In this document: positions 49,036 to 58,243 of the stretch, piece by piece | How positions within the stretch are numbered: position 1 is the first letter of the stretch | Layout of the letters: the number at the start of each line of letters is the position of its first letter | DNA from: an uncultured candidate division Zixibacteria bacterium | GTDB taxonomy: Bacteria; Zixibacteria; MSB-5A5; UBA10806; 4484-95 | DNA length: 64,000 nt | NCBI GenBank assembly: GCA_963668625.2 | Contig: CAXXKA010000008.1 | Location: 1 to 64,000, forward strand | Direction: 5' to 3' | Notes under the pieces: model-generated | The model's database searches: none | Seen by the model: the letters and a program-made list of their open reading frames with translations, nothing else | What the model was told of the DNA's origin: nothing | Translations under genes and position numbers: made by a program

Positions 49036-52000
49036 TTAACGGATTCGTTCGGATATCTTTTCGCTTTTATGAGTATTCATTATATGATTGCGATAAGAAA
49101 TCAAAACCTCTTGCAGACGTTTATGATAGGCGGTAAAAATCCTGAATTTGTCATCCCCCAACTCAGCTTTTATGCGCTCGAAATAAATTTTAACTTTTCC
49201 GGAAAGTTTTGGCGAAACCGATTCGCATAATCCTGCCGAGTTTAATAATGTAAATAATTCAATGGCCAGTATCGCTTGATCGCTTTTTATGGCTTTTCTA
49301 AGATACGCATTGGCCAGGTTGACAGTTTTCTTCATTTCCCCTTTGATTAACCAATAGGCAATCTCGAATTTACCTAATTCTATATCAAGTTCAGGATAGT
49401 CCGAAAGGCTGTCGTTTTTTTTGATTTTGCGGATAATCTCTATAGCTAACTCGACATCACCGTTAAAAAAAGCAATCATCCCGGAATAAATCATGGTTTT
49501 AATCTCTAACTCCGTAGAACCAATGGCCCTGGCATCCGAGATGAGCACGTCCAGATCCTCATTCGAGGGCTGACCGGAGAAATAAGCCATACGCAAAAGT
49601 CGAATTTTAGATTCGAGTATAAACTCATCATCTTTCAAATCCTGCGCCCGGTTAAACGCCTCAGTAAGGTAACCGCTAGCCTTTTCGGAATCACCCATAC
49701 GATAATACAGGTTGCCCAAATCGCCATAGGTAAACGCCAAACTGTGATGGTCGCCAATCTTTTCGAATATTTCTTTGGCGTCCTCGAGACGTTTTTCGGC
49801 TTGTGCTAAGAATCCGCGAGTCAGCAAATTGGTACCCAGATTGGCACAAGCCGAGGCCCGCATCCTGGCGGCTCCAATACGCTTGAATATACGTTCGGCT
49901 TTCTCGTACGATTTCTCCGCCTGGTGAAGTTTGCCCATCTCATCACTGATAATACCCAGGTTATTCGTAACTTTGGACTGACCGCTAAGATCTTTTAACT
50001 TGCGATATAATTTCAACGCCCGGGTATAGTACTCGGCCGACTCCTGCATCTTGCCCAGCCCCCAGTGACAGATACCCAGGTTGTTGTATACGATTGCGGT
50101 CAACTCGGGATTGATATCGTAATTCTCGCAAATATCCAGAGCTTTTAACAGGTATGTGCGGCAGTCTTGAAGCTTGCCGCCGCGCCGGGTTATCTCACCT
50201 CTGCCGTTAAGGCAAAACACCTGGATTTCCAAATCATCCGGCAGGATACCCTCTAAATTTTCGATCGCCGTAAGAGCTTTATCATAATTAGAGGTTAATC
50301 TGTTTAACTCGGATATTTTCATCAACGCCAGGGCCCTGAGTTTGGCGTCATCACCGGAAAGCTCGATCAGACGTTCGTAATCGCTTTCGGATTGTTTGTA
50401 TTCGCTAATGTGCTTGGCTAATTCCCCCCGGCTTCGTATGGCCTTAATCAAGTATTCCTTGTTGTCCAGGTCCTCGGCTATCTCGATTGTTTTCGCGAAA
50501 AATCCCAGAGCCTCCGCGTTAGCGAATTCGGAGGCGGCTTTCTCCCCGGCAAGGAATAGATAAGGCAAGGCTTTTTCAGGCTTGCCCGCCAGCAAATAGT
50601 GGCGGCCGGGCAGTTCGGGATCGCGCTTGACATAACGTTTACGGCCGGCGAAAAACTCGGCGGTTTTAAGGTGAAGTATCTGGCGTGAGGAAAATGACAG
50701 CCCGTTATAGGCAACCTCCTGAGTGAGTATATGCTTGAATATGTATTCCACCACCGGCTGTGTGCGCTCAACCGGGGTCAAATCGAGATGCGTTAACTCA
50801 TCCAGGTAATCGCGAAGCTTTCTCTTCCTGTTACTATCCGGGAAGACATCCTTGAGTACGTTATAGGCAAACACCCTCCCGATAACGCTGGCGGTACGAA
50901 CGGTCTTTTTAACCATCTCGCCCAGGTTATCGATACGAGCGGTTATTACCGATTCGATACCGGTGGGGATATTTTCACCGGAGGAGAATTTATCGGCGCC
51001 AAGCTCTAAATAAGCCTTGGCCATTTCCTCCAGGTAAAACGGGTTGCCGCCGGATTTCTCGATGACGTTTTTAATATTCTCCTCGTTCGGAACGAGACCG
51101 TCGAGGATTGTTATGAACAGTTTGCGCGAATTCTCCGGTGTCAGGCCCTTTAGCTCTATTGATTCGGTTCGTTTATGCTCTTTCAGGAAATCGAATACTT
51201 TCCCCGGGCGGCTTATGAACATAATACCCGGCGAGTATCCTGATTCGAGTAATTCTTTTATAATAGTCAAGGATGCCTCATCGATCCATTGGACGTCCTC
51301 GACAATAAGTATCATTCGCGACTTATCGCTTTCACGACATAGTATATTTATGACTATATCGTTGATCTTTTTCCGTTTGATATCCTCCGGCAAATTGCGT
51401 AACTGCGGTGGTACTGTCGGAAAGAAATCCAGGAGCGGTGCGATCAACGGCAACCACTCGTTCTCCGAGATATCTTTCAATGATTCTGCCAGGGCCTGGC
51501 GTTTGCTCTTTTGAGTGGAACGTGAGTCCAAACCCAGAGCGCCCAGCAATATCGATTTTAACGGGATAAACGGAGTACTTTGAGAATGTCTGAAACAGTC
51601 GCCCTCGATATAGCGCGAACCGCTGTCGACTATCATCCTCTTTATCCTGCCGGTTATCAGAGATTTTCCGGCTCCGGGTTCGCCTGATATCAGAAGCGCC
51701 GAACGTTTACCGCTGTTGACACTCTCGATGAACGCTTTCGCCCTCTCGAGCTCATCCTCGCGGCCAATTATAAGTTCCCCGACACTCGATGACTGGGTTT
51801 TCTCCTTTACGAGGTAATTCAATTGAATCGGTTTCTCTTTGCCTTTCACCATTACTGTATCACCCTGACGGGTTACGAAATTTTCACCGCATACCTTAAG
51901 AGTATCCTCTCCCACTATAGAATCACCGTAAGCGGCTTTACCCATCAAACGGGCCGCCAGGTTGATAGCATCCCCCATTGCGGTGTACTCGTGACGGCTT

Positions 52001-53100
52001 TCGCCACCGACATTACCCACGAAACATAAACCGGTATTCACACCATAGCGATGCTGTACCGGGTGCGCCAAATCCTGGTTCAGCTTTTTCAATGCGAACT
52101 CTATCTCGAGTATCGCCTTCAGGCAATTTTCGGCATCTTTGCCGGTGCTTAAAGGCGCGCCGAAAAAGATTAACATCTTCTCCGAGGAACCGCTCGAGTC
52201 CAATCGGGCAAACGCCCCGCCGTGCCTTTCGATAATATCGTTGATCACCGTAAAATACCTGTTTATCGGCTCTATGGATTTCTCCAGATCGGCCTCCAGG
52301 TTTTTACGAAGGGAGTTAACCCCGATGAAAAGGTTGGTCAGTACGCGATGTTCTCCCTCTATGCTACCATCGCTAAAATGAAGTTGATTTTCCAAACCGC
52401 TTACCAGAAAATCCCTGACCGTTTCTGATTCCTGTTTTCTCAGGTCATTCCCCCTTGAAGACTCATCAATACCGGGCACATCATCGAAATTATCGAAAAC
52501 ATAGCAATCATCTTTCAATCTTGATATATCCGCGAGACCGAGCTTAGAAGCGGCGCTTTCGGTTAAGGCCAGCTCTCCTAGTTCTGCAACATCCGCGGCC
52601 GCGTAACAGTTTTCGACCGTTTCGCCGCAGAAAAGATGTTCACGGCGTTTTTCGCCAAGCTGCAAGTTGTATATTTCGCCGTCACTGATACCGGTATGAA
52701 TCCCCAGCGAGAATTTGCCGACCGGCGTCGTTATCTGCCCGTTCTCCGATATCCATTTTATCAGGTTACCGGCGCAATCGTAGGCTCTATTGATTGAATC
52801 ATCCCCGGAGAAATATGCCAGGAAAGCATCGCCGCCAAACTTGATAACATCCCCATCCAACGCGAATACACGCCCCAGGAGTGAATTGAAGCAGGCGTTC
52901 ATTATCTCGGCCAGTTTCTCGCCACCCAACCGTCCCAGCGAGGCCAATTTCTCCGACATCGCGGTGAAACCCGAGAGATCGGCAAACAGCAAACTGCCGG
53001 AAATAATCGTATCCTGCTTTCTCTTGCCATCCTCGACAGTATGGTTTAACAGGAGATCAGGAATATAGGGCTTGATGAATTCCAACGACGCTTTGTTCAT
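49036..53100 (-). CDS. Tandem class III nucleotide cyclase-STAND ATPase-TPR protein (soluble adenylyl cyclase/ADCY10-like architecture)
   Basis: C1 FADLSGFT and KFGGDA; C2 YTAMGDAINLAARL; Walker A GEPGAGKS; Walker B IVEDVQW; SGGNPFYLEE; YNNLG-type TPRs. Confidence 0.93.
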   Translation of the reverse strand: MNKASLEFIKPYIPDLLLNHTVEDGKRKQDTIISGSLLFADLSGFTAMSEKLASLGRLGGEKLAEIMNACFNSLLGRVFALDGDVIKFGGDAFLAYFSGDDSINRAYDCAGNLIKWISENGQITTPVGKFSLGIHTGISDGEIYNLQLGEKRREHLFCGETVENCYAAADVAELGELALTESAASKLGLADISRLKDDCYVFDNFDDVPGIDESSRGNDLRKQESETVRDFLVSGLENQLHFSDGSIEGEHRVLTNLFIGVNSLRKNLEADLEKSIEPINRYFTVINDIIERHGGAFARLDSSGSSEKMLIFFGAPLSTGKDAENCLKAILEIEFALKKLNQDLAHPVQHRYGVNTGLCFVGNVGGESRHEYTAMGDAINLAARLMGKAAYGDSIVGEDTLKVCGENFVTRQGDTVMVKGKEKPIQLNYLVKEKTQSSSVGELIIGREDELERAKAFIESVNSGKRSALLISGEPGAGKSLITGRIKRMIVDSGSRYIEGDCFRHSQSTPFIPLKSILLGALGLDSRSTQKSKRQALAESLKDISENEWLPLIAPLLDFFPTVPPQLRNLPEDIKRKKINDIVINILCRESDKSRMILIVEDVQWIDEASLTIIKELLESGYSPGIMFISRPGKVFDFLKEHKRTESIELKGLTPENSRKLFITILDGLVPNEENIKNVIEKSGGNPFYLEEMAKAYLELGADKFSSGENIPTGIESVITARIDNLGEMVKKTVRTASVIGRVFAYNVLKDVFPDSNRKRKLRDYLDELTHLDLTPVERTQPVVEYIFKHILTQEVAYNGLSFSSRQILHLKTAEFFAGRKRYVKRDPELPGRHYLLAGKPEKALPYLFLAGEKAASEFANAEALGFFAKTIEIAEDLDNKEYLIKAIRSRGELAKHISEYKQSESDYERLIELSGDDAKLRALALMKISELNRLTSNYDKALTAIENLEGILPDDLEIQVFCLNGRGEITRRGGKLQDCRTYLLKALDICENYDINPELTAIVYNNLGICHWGLGKMQESAEYYTRALKLYRKLKDLSGQSKVTNNLGIISDEMGKLHQAEKSYEKAERIFKRIGAARMRASACANLGTNLLTRGFLAQAEKRLEDAKEIFEKIGDHHSLAFTYGDLGNLYYRMGDSEKASGYLTEAFNRAQDLKDDEFILESKIRLLRMAYFSGQPSNEDLDVLISDARAIGSTELEIKTMIYSGMIAFFNGDVELAIEIIRKIKKNDSLSDYPELDIELGKFEIAYWLIKGEMKKTVNLANAYLRKAIKSDQAILAIELFTLLNSAGLCESVSPKLSGKVKIYFERIKAELGDDKFRIFTAYHKRLQEVLISYRNHIMNTHKSEKISERIR

Positions 53101-53109
53101 AATCGTTTA

Positions 53110-53454
53110 TCAATAAATAAATATTCGATACACGTATAAAATTGCCAGATGTAAAAATTGATCGATATAATACATCTGTTTGGAACCGTTGGCATAACGG
53201 CTCTTAAAGAAATCCTGAAGCCAGTGCTGGATGTAAAGTCCTACGAGAAACATAAAAGTAGCGGTTCTTAAAAATAATCCCGGCTCGTAAAGAAATGAGT
53301 GAAAGATCATGAATATCCAGATAGTCAGGATATAAACAAGAACATGATACGAAAGTACACCTCTGGATGAGCCTTTATTAGCCGCCATATAATCGGTCTG
53401 GAAAGCATAATCACCGGCAATGTGACCCAGTATAAGAAAAAATAGTATGTCCAT
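53110..53454 (-). CDS. DUF3307 family membrane protein
   Basis: GHIAGDYAFQTDYMA..K, H.L.Y, HWLQD and DQFLH motifs. The true start is ATG 53454; the ORF-track N-terminal extension overlaps the kinase gene. Confidence 0.88.
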   Translation of the reverse strand: MDILFFLILGHIAGDYAFQTDYMAANKGSSRGVLSYHVLVYILTIWIFMIFHSFLYEPGLFLRTATFMFLVGLYIQHWLQDFFKSRYANGSKQMYYIDQFLHLAILYVYRIFIY

Positions 53455-53458
53455 AGTG

Positions 53459-55072
53459 CTAAGCGTATTGCAGCATGCTGCTATCGGGTTTGACCGGGAA
53501 CGATATCGTGAACATCGCGCCGCCATCCGGGAGGTTGGCAGCCTCGACCCTGCCGCCATGGCTTTTGATTACACGCTTCACCGCCAGAAGTCCGAAACCG
53601 TGCCCTCTCTCCTTGGTGGTAAAATGCTGTTTAAACACCCTGTCATAGCTGTCCTGGTTCAAACCTACTCCGTTATCGATCACCGATATAGCCACTGTCT
53701 TGGTTTCATCATCGTATTTAGTCCGTATCGTTATCGTCCTATCACCCTCATTAGCCGAGGTCGCATCGGCGGCGTTGTTCAGAAGGTTCAACAGCGCCTG
53801 CTGTATCTGGCTCTTATCGGCCGTGACTATCGGCAAATTCTCCTGGAATTCGCATTTGAATTCGACTTCATCGAAACGATTTTGCGGTTTGATAAAGAAC
53901 AGCTCGTTATCGAGGAAATTGTGAAGATCGAATTCCTCTTTCTTACTGGCGGGGCGGGAATACATCATCAAACCGTCGGTGAATCTCGTAATTTTATCAA
54001 GACCGTTTTTCATGGACTCTATCTTAGCCTCAGCCTTATCGGTTTTGCCTATGTTAAGCTCCATTTGCAGTAGTTCCAGGTTACCCAGTACGATAGACAA
54101 GTAGTTGTTCAACTCATGTGCAATCTCGGCCGCCATCTCACCACGAGTAGCCATTCGCTCCAGGAGTATCATCTGGCGCTCTACATTCTTCTCCTCTGTG
54201 ACATCCCGGCCCATGTAAAGTGTTGCGAATATCTCGTTCTGGTCATCGAATACCCTGGCGCCTACGAGTTCCACGAACAGTTTGCTGCCGTCCGACCTTT
54301 GGGTAAGGATATCTCCCGCCCAGGTATCGCCCATGGCAATCGATTTCTCCATGTCCTCTAGCAATTCCTGATGAATAGAATTGGCGAACAGGGCGTCCAC
54401 CGGCTTCCCGGCCACATCCTTGAACTGCCTGCCGAACACTCCACGCGCGGCCTCGTTGAATATGAAAATGCGACCGTTCTTATCGGTGACTATTATGAAA
54501 AATGTCGAGGCCGAAATAATCTTTTCTAAAAATTTATTGGCCGAAAGAAGGCTCTGGTTGGAGCTTTCGAGTTTATCCGCAGTCTCTTTCAATTGCATGT
54601 TGGTCGTTTCGAGTTGCTTGTTTTTCTGCTCCAGGTCGTGAATCATCTGCAGATCTGATTGACGAAGCCGCGAGGACATCACGCCTAAAACATCCAGGGC
54701 AATTTGTGGATTTTTCAATATAAGTTCATTGAATTTAGCTCGCGAAAGTTCAAGCACTACACATTTGCCGACCGCCTTGGCGCTGGCAAATCGTGGTGAA
54801 TCCTCCAAAAGAGACATCTCGCCGAAAAAATCCCCCTGACTACGCATCGCCAGGCGAACCTGTTTGCCCGACTCATCCTCGGATTTTAAAATCTCGATCT
54901 GACCGGATTTGATTATATATATACTTGTCCCAGTATCACCCTCTTTAAACAGAATCTCGCCATCCGACAGATTCAGTTCCTGCACTGCATCCCCAAGGGA
55001 ATTAAAGATATCCTCGGAAATTCCGGTAAAGAGTGGTACTTTTTTTAGAAGAATCTTTGTAGTTTCAGTCAT
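53459..55072 (-). CDS. Soluble histidine kinase with cyclic-nucleotide-binding and PAS domains
   Basis: LKKVPLF, LFKEGD; phosphate-binding cassette FFGEMSLLEDSPRFASA; coiled coil; PAS; AHELNN, DNGVG, FTTK..GHGFGL. Start moved to ATG 55072 (SD GGAG). Confidence 0.93.
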   Translation of the reverse strand: MTETTKILLKKVPLFTGISEDIFNSLGDAVQELNLSDGEILFKEGDTGTSIYIIKSGQIEILKSEDESGKQVRLAMRSQGDFFGEMSLLEDSPRFASAKAVGKCVVLELSRAKFNELILKNPQIALDVLGVMSSRLRQSDLQMIHDLEQKNKQLETTNMQLKETADKLESSNQSLLSANKFLEKIISASTFFIIVTDKNGRIFIFNEAARGVFGRQFKDVAGKPVDALFANSIHQELLEDMEKSIAMGDTWAGDILTQRSDGSKLFVELVGARVFDDQNEIFATLYMGRDVTEEKNVERQMILLERMATRGEMAAEIAHELNNYLSIVLGNLELLQMELNIGKTDKAEAKIESMKNGLDKITRFTDGLMMYSRPASKKEEFDLHNFLDNELFFIKPQNRFDEVEFKCEFQENLPIVTADKSQIQQALLNLLNNAADATSANEGDRTITIRTKYDDETKTVAISVIDNGVGLNQDSYDRVFKQHFTTKERGHGFGLLAVKRVIKSHGGRVEAANLPDGGAMFTISFPVKPDSSMLQYA

Positions 55073-55216
55073 AAACAATGCTCCAACAGTTAAATTATCG
55101 ACAAGATCGGACATTGATTAAGCTTTCGGAGCAAAAGAGTTGCATGAATTTGTTGACAGGAAGATAAATATGGAACATTTTGAAACTGCCGGGAGTTGTT
55201 TCCCCATTGAGGAGAT

Positions 55217-55411
55217 ATGCAAATGAGTTTTAAGGAAAAATTTAAGCGCAATATACCCCGGGCGATAATAGGAATAGTAATAGGCGCCGCCGCAGGATTC
55301 GCCATGAGTTATATGTCCCAGAGTATGGGGTCACAGTGCACTATCATGTGTAACTGGCCTATCGCGATGGCGTACATGGGGTTTGTGGGTTTAATAGTAG
55401 CTGTTAAATGA
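55217..55411 (+). CDS. Small two-TM protein (DUF6132-like)
   Basis: IIGIVIGAAAGF and loop CTIMCN; SD GAGGAG. Confidence 0.65.
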   Translation: MQMSFKEKFKRNIPRAIIGIVIGAAAGFAMSYMSQSMGSQCTIMCNWPIAMAYMGFVGLIVAVK

Positions 55412-55421
55412 GGAGTGTTGG

Positions 55422-55622
55422 ATGCCAATTTATGAATATAAGTGCTTGAACTGCAACGTGATATTTGAGGAACTGCGACCGGTTAACGATACTTCCGTAA
55501 TTATTTGCGGTAATTGCGGCAGTGATAACGTAGTTAAACAGTTCTCCGCTTTCGCCAGCAATGGCGGTGGATCACCATCGCAAACACCGAGTTGCGGAAG
55601 CGGCGGCTTTTCCTGAGGCTAA
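55422..55622 (+). CDS. FmdB-family zinc-ribbon protein, probable selenoprotein ending FS-U-G
   Basis: MPIYEYKCLNC..FE..CGNCGS. TGA at 55614-55616 is followed by GGC TAA and a SECIS-like hairpin. If TGA is a stop, the CDS ends at 55616. Confidence 0.88.
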
Positions 55623-55633
55623 AAACCAATCAA

Positions 55634-55646
55634 GTCCGGTTCGGAC
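55634..55646 (+). promoter_or_regulatory. Putative bacterial SECIS hairpin
   Basis: GTCCG-GTT-CGGAC; the loop begins with GU about 22 nt after the UGA. Confidence 0.6.
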
Positions 55647-55652
55647 AGAGAT

Positions 55653-55690
55653 AAAAAAAACGGGATTCAAGTAGAAAACCGTTTTTTTTT
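55653..55690 (+). terminator. Intrinsic terminator
   Basis: AAAAAAAACGG...CCGTTTTTTTTT. Confidence 0.65.
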
Positions 55691-55943
55691 GGCTATCCCG
55701 GTATATCTGCTTTACCTCTGGTTCCAAGGCCTTCCTTCGGAGCGGCTTACCTGCCCCGGCAGATATGTATAATTCTGCCGCTTTTAGCAGCATTACCAAG
55801 TAGCGCTTCGTAATCAGGGGACTACTACCTATCCTTGTTAATCCATTTCTCCTTTTAAAAAACAAAAATCTTTACACCCAAGCGCTTTATATGTATTTTC
55901 ATAAGCCGATATCATTAATGGTAATATGCAGACAGGATAATAA

Positions 55944-56621
55944 ATGTCATTTAAAATTGATTTTCACGTACACACTTATCACTCTTATGATTCGATAAAT
56001 AAACCCGTCGATATTATAAAAAAGGCCCGAAAACGTGGCCTGGATGCTATCGTAGTGGTCGATCACGAGACAATCAAGGGCGGGCAGGAAACCGCTCGTC
56101 TCGATAGCGGCGAGATACTGATAATACCATCGGTGGAAATTAACACCGATATCGGCGATATAGTCGGTCTCTGGGTACATGAGGAAATAGAAACCCGCGA
56201 ATACCATGAGGTGATCGAGGCAATACACAACCAGGGTGGTATCGCTACCTTGCCGCATCCCTATCATAAACATAACTTGCCCGATGATATTTGTGAATAT
56301 GTCGACCTGGTGGAAATCAATAACGCCCGGGCTATGGCCGACCGCAATAAGCTGGCGCACGAGTTGGCGGAGCGCCATAATATGCCAACCTGTTCGGGCA
56401 GTGATGCCCATTTCGGGTGGGAGATCGGCAACGCTTACACCGAATTCGAGGATACGCCCGGCTCGCGGGATGAACTTAAAAAGATATTAATAAACGGCAA
56501 ACGAACCAATCATATAACTTATTCGAGCCCAATCGGAATAATTTGCGGACAACTATTGAAATACTGGCGACGACCTGATTTGCTGTTAAAACGCCTGGAA
56601 AAACTCGGCAAAAAGAAATAA
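55944..56621 (+). CDS. PHP-domain metal-dependent phosphoesterase
   Basis: DFHVHT..SYD, VVDHE, PHPY, GSDAH. Confidence 0.92.
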   Translation: MSFKIDFHVHTYHSYDSINKPVDIIKKARKRGLDAIVVVDHETIKGGQETARLDSGEILIIPSVEINTDIGDIVGLWVHEEIETREYHEVIEAIHNQGGIATLPHPYHKHNLPDDICEYVDLVEINNARAMADRNKLAHELAERHNMPTCSGSDAHFGWEIGNAYTEFEDTPGSRDELKKILINGKRTNHITYSSPIGIICGQLLKYWRRPDLLLKRLEKLGKKK

Positions 56622-56629
56622 ATACTGAT

Positions 56630-57847
56630 ATGAAAATATTTCTTACGGATGGCGATGCTCTTCACTGCCTGGCGATAGCCCGTATGCTGGGTAAAAAGGG
56701 ATTTGACCTGACTATCGGCTCGCAACGCAATATCGGCTCGGTGGCTTTTGCCTCTAAATATTGCAATCGCAAAGTGATCTATCCCAACCCCGGTAAGTAT
56801 CCCGATAAGTTCCGTGATTTTCTGTTCGATTACCTGGGAAAAAATAAACACGACATACTCCTGCCGCTTCGCTCCACCGTAGTCCCGGTTATTTCCGATA
56901 ATCGTGATGAACTAGCCAGGTTGGCTGCCTTCGTCATGCCGGAAAAACGTATGCTGGAAATCGCCTTGAGTAAGTCCGAGACATTCAAAGCGGCAGGCGA
57001 AACCGGGGTGACTATACCGGCCACCAGTTATCCGAAAAATATGAGCGATGTCGACAAGTTCGCGCAATCATGCGATTTCCCGGTGGTCAGTAAAACATCA
57101 TACGGCGCAGGTTCGCGCGGGGTGTTTTACCATGATGACCCCGATGCCTTGCGCCGCTATTGCAAGAGCTATCTAGAGGGGCCGGAGGCTCAGTCGAACC
57201 CGCTGATACTGCAGGAATTCATCATCGGACCCGGCTGCGGTTTCTTCGGGCTGTTCGATCACGGCCGGATCAAGACTTATTTCATGCATCGCCGTATACG
57301 CGAGTACCCCATAACCGGCGGGCCCTCGGTGATGGCTGAAAGTTTCTACAACGAGTCATTGATGGAGGATTCTATCCGCTTGATGCAGCACCTTAACTGG
57401 CACGGTATATGTATGGTGGAATACAAATACTCGAAAGCCAAAGACAAGTTCGTCCTGATGGAAATCAATCCCAAGTTCTGGGGATCATCCGATCTTTCCA
57501 TACACTGCGGTATCGAATTCGCCAACAACTGGATTCAACTGGCGCTGGGAGAGCCTATACCCGAGTTTAAAGGCTATCGGGTAGGCAAGCGTTTCAGATG
57601 GTTATTCCCGGGCGATTTCATGAACCTTCTGGCGAACTATGGCTTGAATCCCTCCTGGTACGCCTCGTTTTTCGATAGCCGGGTAAGCACAGATATCAAG
57701 CTCTGGGATATCAAACCATTGTTTACCGAACTGATGCTTATAGGCGGCTATTTCATTTTATTCGGCCCGCACATCCGTTATCCGTTCGGCAAAATCCCAC
57801 TGGTGAAAGATATCGATATCCCGCTGGATAAACCGCCATGGGGATAA
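56630..57847 (+). CDS. ATP-grasp carboxylate-amine ligase
   Basis: FPVVSK..GAGSRGV, ILQEFI.G, RIREYPITGGPS, MVEYK, LMEINPKFWGS. Confidence 0.9.
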   Translation: MKIFLTDGDALHCLAIARMLGKKGFDLTIGSQRNIGSVAFASKYCNRKVIYPNPGKYPDKFRDFLFDYLGKNKHDILLPLRSTVVPVISDNRDELARLAAFVMPEKRMLEIALSKSETFKAAGETGVTIPATSYPKNMSDVDKFAQSCDFPVVSKTSYGAGSRGVFYHDDPDALRRYCKSYLEGPEAQSNPLILQEFIIGPGCGFFGLFDHGRIKTYFMHRRIREYPITGGPSVMAESFYNESLMEDSIRLMQHLNWHGICMVEYKYSKAKDKFVLMEINPKFWGSSDLSIHCGIEFANNWIQLALGEPIPEFKGYRVGKRFRWLFPGDFMNLLANYGLNPSWYASFFDSRVSTDIKLWDIKPLFTELMLIGGYFILFGPHIRYPFGKIPLVKDIDIPLDKPPWG

Positions 57848-57934
57848 AATACTCCAAATGAATCGTATAATTCAAAATATCCGATCATTGAAACTTATAA
57901 CATTCTTAAAATAAGTATCAGTTTATCAACAGCG

Positions 57935-58243
57935 TTATTTATTCCGCCATTTTCTGGATAACCCACCCCACACCGATAGCAGCAGACTGGCTAATCCGAT
58001 TAACATAGCTGTGCCCATTTTCGCATAATGCTCTACGATGGTCTGAATTAATACTCTATCCATTCCATACATGGCTAGAACTGTAGCGCATATCGCTATA
58101 ACAACTCCAAGCCTTCGTGGAAACAAGCCCATCCTAACCAGTGACGTATGTACCATACTAAAAATTATTATAGCAATAGCAGCCGCTGGTATAAAAATCC
58201 AAGGATCCTGATAGCGCACTAATGCTTGATCCATAAATATCAA
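57935..58243 (-). CDS. Small three-TM hypothetical membrane protein
   Basis: Three hydrophobic segments; abuts the stop of the upstream lipoprotein gene; start uncertain (ATG 58234 is an alternative). Confidence 0.55.
   Translation of the reverse strand: MIFMDQALVRYQDPWIFIPAAAIAIIIFSMVHTSLVRMGLFPRRLGVVIAICATVLAMYGMDRVLIQTIVEHYAKMGTAMLIGLASLLLSVWGGLSRKWRNK

Noticed and set aside
53455-53559. N-terminal extension of the DUF3307 ORF
   Set aside because: It overlaps the kinase gene in another frame; the family motif begins right after Met at 53454
55217-57847. ATP-grasp RiPP (graspetide) cluster using the small upstream ORFs as precursors
   Set aside because: The small ORFs belong to recognisable non-precursor families and are separated by a terminator; the ligase resembles polysaccharide-associated types
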